IMG/VR virus record: IMGVR_UViG_3300002446_000025
DNA from: a virus
DNA: 20,235 nucleotides
Direction: 5' to 3' (one strand)
The stretch's first letter is position 1. Every line of letters begins with the position of its first letter. Under the pieces are notes generated by a model. The model had not been told where the DNA came from and made no database searches. It saw only the letters and a list, made by a program, of their open reading frames with translations. The position numbers were made by a program, and so were the translations under genes. Shown piece after piece: positions 7,480 to 14,555 of this stretch.

Positions 7480-8654
7480 GGCACACGATCCTGAATGGAG
7501 ATGTTATCGACTGCCTCCGGTCGCTGCCGGATTGCTCGGTGCAATGCGCCGTCACGTCGCCGCCGTACTGGGGCCTGCGTGACTACGGCGTCGAGGGGCA
7601 GATCGGGCTGGAACCGACCCCGGGCGAGTACGTCGAGAAGATGATCGAGGTGTTCCGCGAGGTTAAGCGGGTGCTGCGCGACGACGGCACGCTCTGGCTG
7701 AATCTCGGGGACAGTTACGCGAGCGCATGGGCGTGTGGGCGGAGGAACGTAGTAGGCAACGGATCGATGGAGAATGGCAAGCGAGACTCTCGCCCGAACC
7801 GCGTCTCTGGTGACATAAAGGAAAAGGATATGGTCGGCATCCCTTGGCGCGTGGCATTCGCGCTACAAGCGGACGGCTGGTATCTGCGCTCGGACATCAT
7901 CTGGAGTAAGCCGAACCCGATGCCGGAGAGCGTGACCGACCGCCCGACCAAGAGCCATGAGTATGTGTTCCTGCTCTCGAAGTCAGCGCGGTATTTCTAC
8001 GATGCTGACGCGGTGCGAGAGGGGTGCGGAGTATGGAAAGGCACCGATTTCCTCCCGACGTCTGACAAGGATCTCGCTGGCAACGAGAAGACCTCAGCGA
8101 CCAATGGATCCCTTAACAACCGGACGGATGCTGTGAGAATGGGGCGCAACCGCCGCACCGTATGGGAGATTGCGACGCAACCGACCCCGGAGGCGCACTT
8201 CGCCACCTTCCCCGAGGCCCTCGTCGAGCCGTGTATTAAGGCCGGGACGAGCGAGCGCGGGTGCTGCCCGATGTGCGGCGCACCGTGGCGGCGAGTTGTA
8301 GAGCGAGAGGTCACAGGTATCCCCCATTATAACTCGAAGTCAAACGGGCGGACAGATTGTCAGTATGGTGAGTGTGCAACAACGACACTCAGAGCAACCG
8401 CGCGAGATACGAAAACCGTTTGCTGGCAACCCTCCTGCACCTGCGGCGACAACCCGGTGCCGTGCGTCGTGCTGGATCCGTTCGGCGGATCCGGCACTGT
8501 GGCGAAGGTCGCCCGGGATCTCGGGCGGTCGAGTATCTCCTGTGAACTCAATCCCGAGTACGTGAAGATCGCAAAGAAGCGCCTGCGGATCGGCGAGCAA
8601 CTCGACTCCGGCGTCTGTGAGTACGTCGTTACAAACCTTCTGACGGAGGGGTAA
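7476..8654 (+). CDS. Amino (N4-C/N6-A) DNA methyltransferase, beta-type motif order, with zinc-ribbon insertion
   Basis: VTSPPYW catalytic motif; GTLWLNLGD; [10 protein letters not shown]; [14 protein letters not shown]; CPMC...CTC insert; [13 protein letters not shown] motif. Confidence 0.92.
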   Translation: MRHTILNGDVIDCLRSLPDCSVQCAVTSPPYWGLRDYGVEGQIGLEPTPGEYVEKMIEVFREVKRVLRDDGTLWLNLGDSYASAWACGRRNVVGNGSMENGKRDSRPNRVSGDIKEKDMVGIPWRVAFALQADGWYLRSDIIWSKPNPMPESVTDRPTKSHEYVFLLSKSARYFYDADAVREGCGVWKGTDFLPTSDKDLAGNEKTSATNGSLNNRTDAVRMGRNRRTVWEIATQPTPEAHFATFPEALVEPCIKAGTSERGCCPMCGAPWRRVVEREVTGIPHYNSKSNGRTDCQYGECATTTLRATARDTKTVCWQPSCTCGDNPVPCVVLDPFGGSGTVAKVARDLGRSSISCELNPEYVKIAKKRLRIGEQLDSGVCEYVVTNLLTEG

Positions 8655-8657
8655 TTT

Positions 8658-10871
8658 TTGACAGACATAGTTCTCGCGGTCCCGTGCGGGGCCGCATCAT
8701 TTCAGCGAGCAAAAGAGCAGGCAAGCCCGGAGGTAGCAGCAAGGGTGCGCGAGTGGCCTGCGGTGACCGTCTTCATCGGCAGCGTCGCATATGTGCCGCT
8801 CCGGTCGGACTGGATGCCGCCAAAAGAGCGCAGGACAGCGGATGGCGTCGAGGTGCTGCTCGCGGGCCGGTGGCCTGCGGAGGTGCAGGCGGCAATCGAT
8901 GGAGGCAACGCCATCCGGATCGGGGCGAGCCTGATGGAAACGCTATGGAAGGAAATTTTTGGTACATCAACATATGGTTTATCGGAGAAATGTGATGGTG
9001 AACAGAGCAAAGCGCCCGCAGTGGCGCAAGAGCCCCTTCGGTTACCGGACGCGGTTCCGGGCCCGGTTCGGGATCGGTCCAGTGTGGCTCCACTGCAGGA
9101 TTCTCAAGATGTCCATAACAAAGGATCTCCTACTGCTGCGGAGTCAGCGGGCGATCTGGAGAGCACGGCGTCGGCGGGGGATGCCCACTCTCTCGTAACC
9201 TCCCCCCGCCTCCAGCACGTCGATGGGTGGAAATGGAGCACCGTCATTTCCGAGATCCGAGCATGGGCGCAGTATTACCCCGAACCCATCCCGGACGACA
9301 ACACTCTCACCGAGGCCGAAGCTAAAATGCTCCTGAAGACGATCCTCCAGCACCCCGCCGTGATCGCGGCAGAGGAGCAGCACGAGGACGAAGGAGCAGC
9401 GCGGCGGGCCGAGTATCGCGACGCCCGGGTGATCCAGTACGCGATCCCGGTGGGCGTGGCATTGCCCGACCCGACGCCGCCGATGATCGGGCAGGAGTTC
9501 AGTTGCACCGACGACGGCAACGGGGATCGGCTCGTGGCGCAGTATAAGGACGCGATCCGGTACTGCAAGACGTTCGACGGCTGGTTTATCTGGAACGGGC
9601 AGCGGTGGGAGCGCGACGAGACCTGCCGGATGCTCGCGTTAGCCAGGCGAGTTGCAAGGACGATCTACATCGAGGCATCGACCGCAGGCGACGACCGGCG
9701 GGAAAAAGTCGGTAAATGGGCGCTGGCGTCGGGGATGCTGGCGCGGCTCAAGGCAATGACGACCTGCGCCTGCCCTGCCGTGGCCGTGACGCCGGATGCG
9801 TTCGACGCACACCCGACCCTGTTAAACTGCCAGAACGGGACGCTTGAACTTGATACCCTGATATTCCGGGCGGCACGGCGCGAGGACTTGTTAACCAAGT
9901 GTTGTGGGGTCGATTACGATCCGACGGCAGCATGCCCGCGCTGGCTGGCGCACCTGGACCTGATCTTCGGGGGCGACGTTGAGGTCATCGGCGGGTTTCA
10001 GCAGATGGCTGGATACAGCCTTCTGGACGGGAACCCGGAGCAGGTGATGTTTATCCTGCTCGGGAGGGGCAAGAACGGCAAGAGCGTGACGCTGCGGGTG
10101 CTCTCCGAGGTGCTCGGAGACTACGCGGTGAACATTGCCGCCGAGTCCCTGATGGTGAAGCGGAATGACACGATCCGCTCCGACCTCGCGCGGCTTATGG
10201 GTGCCCGCTTGGTCACCTCCGCAGAAGGCGGCGAGGGTGCAGCACTTGACGAGGGTGCGGTCAAGCAGTTGACCGGATTTGACGACAAAATCACCGTCGC
10301 CCGGAAATATGAAAACGAGTTCGAATTCACCCCGAGCGCGAAAATCTGGTTTGCCACGAACCACGCCCCGAAGATACGCGGGACGGATGACGGCATCTGG
10401 CGCCGGATCTGGTTGATCCCCTTCGAGGTGCAGATCGCCGAGGAGCGGCGCGACCCGCAGATCACCGAGAAACTCCTCCAGGAGAAGCAAGGGATCTTAA
10501 ACTGGATGCTTGACGGGCTCCGGCAGTATCACGCCCAGGGGCACCGGCTCCAGCCTGCGGCGAAGATCGTTGCAGCGACGCGAGCGTATCGGCGGGAGAG
10601 TGATGTGTTCGGGAGGTTCCTGGCCGACGAGATGGTGTTCGACCCGCGCGGCTCCCTTGACCGGGCAGCCCTGTACCGGATCTATACTGGGTGGTGCCAG
10701 GAAGAGGGGGAGATGCCGGTGGCAGCCCGGACGATAGCCAAGTACCTCCGGGAGCGGCAGATTCTAGACGCCAAGCGGGGGGGTGCGCGGTGCTGGATCG
10801 GGATCAGACTGAAAGACACGATGGAGGCGGAGAGAGATGCGGCAGCAGGTTCGACACAGGCAGGTCTGTGA
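8658..10871 (+). CDS. D5/P4-type SF3 helicase (D5_N + ATPase + C-terminal winged helix) with unrecognised N-terminus
   Basis: TTG start after GGAGG. D5_N region TDDGNGDRL...W.IWNGQRW; LLNCQNGTLEL; Walker A GRGKNGKS; WFATNHAPKIRGTDDGIWRRI.LIPF. Confidence 0.9.
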   Translation: MTDIVLAVPCGAASFQRAKEQASPEVAARVREWPAVTVFIGSVAYVPLRSDWMPPKERRTADGVEVLLAGRWPAEVQAAIDGGNAIRIGASLMETLWKEIFGTSTYGLSEKCDGEQSKAPAVAQEPLRLPDAVPGPVRDRSSVAPLQDSQDVHNKGSPTAAESAGDLESTASAGDAHSLVTSPRLQHVDGWKWSTVISEIRAWAQYYPEPIPDDNTLTEAEAKMLLKTILQHPAVIAAEEQHEDEGAARRAEYRDARVIQYAIPVGVALPDPTPPMIGQEFSCTDDGNGDRLVAQYKDAIRYCKTFDGWFIWNGQRWERDETCRMLALARRVARTIYIEASTAGDDRREKVGKWALASGMLARLKAMTTCACPAVAVTPDAFDAHPTLLNCQNGTLELDTLIFRAARREDLLTKCCGVDYDPTAACPRWLAHLDLIFGGDVEVIGGFQQMAGYSLLDGNPEQVMFILLGRGKNGKSVTLRVLSEVLGDYAVNIAAESLMVKRNDTIRSDLARLMGARLVTSAEGGEGAALDEGAVKQLTGFDDKITVARKYENEFEFTPSAKIWFATNHAPKIRGTDDGIWRRIWLIPFEVQIAEERRDPQITEKLLQEKQGILNWMLDGLRQYHAQGHRLQPAAKIVAATRAYRRESDVFGRFLADEMVFDPRGSLDRAALYRIYTGWCQEEGEMPVAARTIAKYLRERQILDAKRGGARCWIGIRLKDTMEAERDAAAGSTQAGL

Positions 10872-10874
10872 GGT

Positions 10875-11142
10875 GGGGCAGATGGGGCAGATAGAAACGG
10901 AAAGTATCAGGGAGCGAGGACTCCAGAAAAGTTCCCGTAATTATCTGTCCTATGTGCCCCGTAGGGCACTTGGGGCAGATAGTAACAGGAGTTCCGAGAC
11001 TCATCGGTGTGGGGAAAGTTCCCGTAATTATCTGTCCTATGTGTCCCTGGAGGGTACCGGGACACATGGGGCACATGAGATCAGGAGTCTTCGTAAGGAT
11101 TTTAGTACAAAAACTTCCGTTTCTATGTGCCCCATGTGTCCC
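10875..11142. repeat. Iteron-like array, putative replication origin
   Basis: Six doublets of a ~9-bp unit GGG(G/A)CA(C/G)AT in alternating orientation; identical 29-bp direct repeat at 10928-10956 and 11015-11043; ~30-bp outer inverted repeat 10875-10905 / 11113-11142. Confidence 0.7.
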
Positions 11143-11198
11143 CCCCGATATTCATCAACATTTGGCCCGGATTTCTGCAGACCACGGGGGCGATCTGA

Positions 11199-11384
11199 GT
11201 GACCCCGGGAGTCTACCTCTGGTGCGGAAGCTGCGGCAATCCAATCGAGCTCGAGATCAGAGATCACCTGCACCCCCTCTGTCGGGCCTGTCGTGAGGAT
11301 CCAGACATCCATGGTCGGGGCGTGGTGTTCGCCTGCGCGCTCCATAGCGTTCGGTTGGGAGAGGTCCGGGGGGTGCCGGAATGA
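11199..11384 (+). CDS. Zinc-finger microprotein, 61 aa
   Basis: CGSCGNP...LCRAC...C; ATGA overlap with the resolvase. Confidence 0.7.
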   Translation: MTPGVYLWCGSCGNPIELEIRDHLHPLCRACREDPDIHGRGVVFACALHSVRLGEVRGVPE

Positions 11385-11809
11385 CCGCGAACACCCCCTC
11401 CTCACGGAAGGCGAAAGGGCGCCGGTTCCAGCAGGCGGTCCGCGAGGACATCATCCAGATCCTCGGTATCGACGAGAAGGACATTCTCAGCACGGGGATG
11501 GGGCAGAGCGGGTGTGACCTGTATCTGTCGCCGGCCGCCCGGGAGCGGTTCGCGTTTGGGGTCGAGTGCAAGTCTCAGGAACGGATTGCCCTGCCGGAGT
11601 GGTGGGAACAATGCGTTGCGAACGCCGAACACGCTGGGCTCGCCCCCCTTCTCCTGCTGAAACAGAGCAGGCGGGAGGCGCTGGCCGTGCTCCGGTGGGA
11701 GGACCTCCTCGCGCTGCTCCGGCAGGTCAACGGTCCAGACCTCGCGACCATCGACCGCTACGGCCCGCCACAGTACTGTCGGAGCACGACTGATGGAGGC
11801 AGGATATGA
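11381..11809 (+). CDS. hjc: Holliday junction resolvase, Hjc-like PD-(D/E)XK nuclease
   Basis: KAKGRRFQ...GCDL...GVECK motifs; position after the replication genes. Confidence 0.8.
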   Translation: MTANTPSSRKAKGRRFQQAVREDIIQILGIDEKDILSTGMGQSGCDLYLSPAARERFAFGVECKSQERIALPEWWEQCVANAEHAGLAPLLLLKQSRREALAVLRWEDLLALLRQVNGPDLATIDRYGPPQYCRSTTDGGRI

Positions 11810-12177
11810 CCCCCGCCGGCAACATCCGCCTGGACGCTCGCAGCGACAACCGGGGCGGGCTCCGCGTGACAATCGAGGACGTCGAGCATATCATCACGCT
11901 CAGAAGCACACAATGCCTTTTTGTCGGCAATGAATGCGGGATAGCAACTACGTATGACCCTGACCCCGGCCCCTTGCTCTACGGGGCACCACGGCGGCGC
12001 ACCGGGCATATCATCCTGAGCCGCGACGACGGCGACGAGATCCCGCACCTGATGATCACGGTCTACCCGGATCGCACCTACCTCGCCCTGACGAGTGAGG
12101 TCGCGGCGGTGTGGGGCGGGACCCGGGATATCTGCAAGGTAGTTAGTGTTAAAGAACGCGAGGTAGTGTATACATGA
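11806..12177 (+). CDS. Hypothetical protein with internal two-fold repeat
   Basis: ATGA coupling at both ends; pattern resembles 5785-6171. Confidence 0.75.
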   Translation: MTPAGNIRLDARSDNRGGLRVTIEDVEHIITLRSTQCLFVGNECGIATTYDPDPGPLLYGAPRRRTGHIILSRDDGDEIPHLMITVYPDRTYLALTSEVAAVWGGTRDICKVVSVKEREVVYT

Positions 12178-13544
12178 CCCAGATCACCGAAAAGCGCGAA
12201 CTCAAGAACGTCCCGCTCGGGGACCTCATCCCCTATGCCCGCAACCCGCGCAAGAACGCCCCGGCGGTGCAGCAGGTCGCGGCGTCACTCAAGGAATACG
12301 GGCTCGTCAAGAACTCGATCGTCGTCGACGAAGATATGACGCTCATCACCGGGCATACGACCCTGAAGGCGATGCAGTCTCTCGGGTGGACCGTGGCCCC
12401 GGAGGTCACGCAGGTCTTCGGGCTGACGGCGGCGCAGAAAAAAGCGTATCGCATCGCCGACAACCGGCTCGGAGAACTGGCGGAGTGGGACGCCGACCTG
12501 CTCGCGCTGGAGTTTGACGATCTCAAGGAACTCGACTTCAACATCGACCTGACCGGGTTTGATGACGCAGCGCTCGCCGAGATGTACCCCCCAGAGAAAC
12601 TGGAGGTGGTGGAGGACGACTACGAGCCGCCGGTCGAGATCGAGATTAGCATCCAGCGCGGCGACCTCTTCCGGCTCGGGCGGCACCGCCTGCTCTGCGG
12701 TGACTCGACGAGCGCCGAGGATGTGGCGAGGCTGATGGGCGGGGCGAAGGCAGATATTTGCTTCACGTCGCCGCCGTATAATGCCGGCAGTCTGAACATT
12801 AAAGGGCAGGTGGCGACAGGTGCGAAATACCTCGAAACTAGCGACGACCTAAATGACGACGAATATGTCGGGTTTTTAGACTCGGTTGTATCAAACGCCT
12901 TGATCGCCGCAGATGACGCCATGATAAACATCGGGCTCGTGGAAGGAAACAAACGCGCAATAATTCGCATTTTGAACCTATATATCGACAATTTTAAAGA
13001 CATCGTTTACTGGAAAAAATCAACCTGCGCCCCACATATTCAACCAGGGGTGATTAACAATCAGATCGAGTTTATCTTATGTTTCGGCGACGGGAAGCGC
13101 CGGTTTAAATCGGCGCAGTTCCACCAAGGCACATATTGGAACGTGATCGAAGGTCCGCCCGCATCAAGCAACGAATACGCGAAGATCCATAAAGCGACGT
13201 TCCCTGTATATCTCCCTGCAAACATCATCGAGAACTTCTGCCCACCCGAGGGCGAGGTGTTTGACCCCTTCCTCGGGTCCGGCACCACCCTCGTCGCCTG
13301 CGAGCAACTCGGCCGCACCTGTTACGGCATGGAGATCAGCCCGCAGTATTGTCAGGTGATCGTCGACCGCTGGGAGAAACTCACCGGGCAGAAGGCGGAG
13401 CGGGTCAATGACCCGGACGAATGTCGGTGCGGCGGCAAAGTCCTCCGTCCGCCGCATCAGGACAACCGAGAAGACGACCAAGGCGCTCGACCACCGGAAG
13501 AAAGGGTTTACATGCACGCAGATCGACGGGGGCGCCTCGGGTGA
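12174..13544 (+). CDS. ParB-like N-terminal domain fused to an amino DNA methyltransferase
   Basis: LIPYARNPRKN...IVVDED..LITGHT..KA...AYRIADNRL.E.A.WD; LGRHRLLCGDST; FTSPPYN; HKATFP; DPFLGSGTTL.ACEQLGR.CYGMEI.P.Y. Confidence 0.92.
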   Translation: MTQITEKRELKNVPLGDLIPYARNPRKNAPAVQQVAASLKEYGLVKNSIVVDEDMTLITGHTTLKAMQSLGWTVAPEVTQVFGLTAAQKKAYRIADNRLGELAEWDADLLALEFDDLKELDFNIDLTGFDDAALAEMYPPEKLEVVEDDYEPPVEIEISIQRGDLFRLGRHRLLCGDSTSAEDVARLMGGAKADICFTSPPYNAGSLNIKGQVATGAKYLETSDDLNDDEYVGFLDSVVSNALIAADDAMINIGLVEGNKRAIIRILNLYIDNFKDIVYWKKSTCAPHIQPGVINNQIEFILCFGDGKRRFKSAQFHQGTYWNVIEGPPASSNEYAKIHKATFPVYLPANIIENFCPPEGEVFDPFLGSGTTLVACEQLGRTCYGMEISPQYCQVIVDRWEKLTGQKAERVNDPDECRCGGKVLRPPHQDNREDDQGARPPEERVYMHADRRGRLG

Positions 13545-13548
13545 GTGA
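13408..13548 (+). pseudogene. Probable degraded helix-turn-helix gene (possibly an older TerS-like gene) overlapping the methyltransferase tail
   Basis: ATG 13408 gives MTRTNVGAAAKSSVRRIRTTEKTTKALDHRKKGFTCTQI; RLG follows in another frame, consistent with a frameshifted AL.LRK.G.tY.QI..rLG motif. Confidence 0.4.
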
Positions 13549-13565
13549 GAAGAAAAACCAACTCA

Positions 13566-13574
13566 TTTTATACT
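13566..13574 (+). promoter_or_regulatory. TATA-like box, probable leaderless transcript for 13600
   Basis: TTTTATACT in an AT island with upstream GAAAAA; ATG 13600 lies ~27 nt after TTTTATA and has no RBS. Confidence 0.6.
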
Positions 13575-13599
13575 ACCTCCGCACATATACCCTGATTAA

Positions 13600-14034
13600 A
13601 TGCAGTCCCTTGACAAGCGTCGCCGGACAGCCGAGGAAATTGTTGCGCTCCTCCGGGGGAAAGGGTATATCAAGATCTCAGGAGAGATTAGCCGCGAAAC
13701 CGGCGAGTGCCGGATTTCTCTGATCCACATTGATGGCGGCTCGCTCTGGTTGAACCTCCGCGACAAATCCCCGTCGCTCCTCGCTGAGTTTTGCAACGTC
13801 TACGAGGAGGTCCACGCACTCGGATTTGGCTTAATCCATTCCTGCACCCGGCTCCGCCCGCTCGGCTACAGCGAGATCCCGAAAGAGGATCTGTCTCCGG
13901 AGTTGATCGCGGACCTGCAAGCCGAATACCACTATTATAAAATGGCGTTCTGGGCGCCCCGGATCGTTGTCGGGATCGCCGCCATCGTCCTGACCGGCAG
14001 CCTGGAGACCGCGGCACATCTCCTGGGGTGGTGA
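13600..14034 (+). CDS. Hypothetical protein, 144 aa, with hydrophobic C-terminus
   Basis: Has its own promoter; C-terminal WAPRIVVGIAAIVLTGSLETAAHLLGW. Confidence 0.65.
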   Translation: MQSLDKRRRTAEEIVALLRGKGYIKISGEISRETGECRISLIHIDGGSLWLNLRDKSPSLLAEFCNVYEEVHALGFGLIHSCTRLRPLGYSEIPKEDLSPELIADLQAEYHYYKMAFWAPRIVVGIAAIVLTGSLETAAHLLGW

Positions 14035-14036
14035 CG

Positions 14037-14555
14037 ATGGCCGGCAGACCGAAAACCTGCGTATACGATCCCGACAAGCATCCCGTCCTCGCAGCACAAG
14101 CAGCCCGGGAAGGGCTCGTCAATAAAGAGATCTTCGCCCGCCTCGGGATCGGCCACACCACGTTTTACATTTGGCGCAGAGAACACCCGGAATTTTGTGA
14201 GGCGCTGAAAGAGGGGAAGGAGGTCGTCGACGCGAAGGTCGAAAAGGCGCTCCTCACCCGGGCACTCGGCTACGAATATGATGAGGTTGAGGAGACACAA
14301 GACATCAAACAGACCGAGTCTGGGGAGAAGGTCGCCCACAAGCGCCGCATCGTGCGGAAGAAGGCAGTCGTGCCGGACGTGCAGGCGCAGCGGCTCTGGC
14401 TCCTCAATCGCCGCCCGGAGCAGTGGCGCGATAAGCAGGAGATCGAGCACAGTGGGAAGGATGGCGGACCACTCGAGATCTACACGATGAGCGATGAAGA
14501 AATCGAACGGCGAGCGAGGGAGATTCTTGCCAGGCGAGACGGAAATACTGACTGA
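14037..14555 (+). CDS. terS: Terminase small subunit
   Basis: GRPK...HTH (KEIFARLGIGHTTFYIW)...HPEFCEALKEGKEVVDAKVEKALLTRALGY; directly upstream of TerL. Confidence 0.85.
   Translation: MAGRPKTCVYDPDKHPVLAAQAAREGLVNKEIFARLGIGHTTFYIWRREHPEFCEALKEGKEVVDAKVEKALLTRALGYEYDEVEETQDIKQTESGEKVAHKRRIVRKKAVVPDVQAQRLWLLNRRPEQWRDKQEIEHSGKDGGPLEIYTMSDEEIERRAREILARRDGNTD

Noticed and set aside
8230-8460. Intein in the first methyltransferase
   Set aside because: The insert is a short CxxC...CxC zinc ribbon with no C1/TxxH/HN splicing motifs.
8959-9198. Second nested endonuclease in the helicase linker (alternative-frame ORF with W..SPFGY...VWLHCRIL)
   Set aside because: Only a faint echo of an HNH N-terminus. 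There is no H..N...N catalytic motif in any frame and no intein motifs flank it; probably chance.
10875-11142. CRISPR array
   Set aside because: Only two long direct repeats; the short units alternate in orientation; there are no regular unique spacers and no cas genes.
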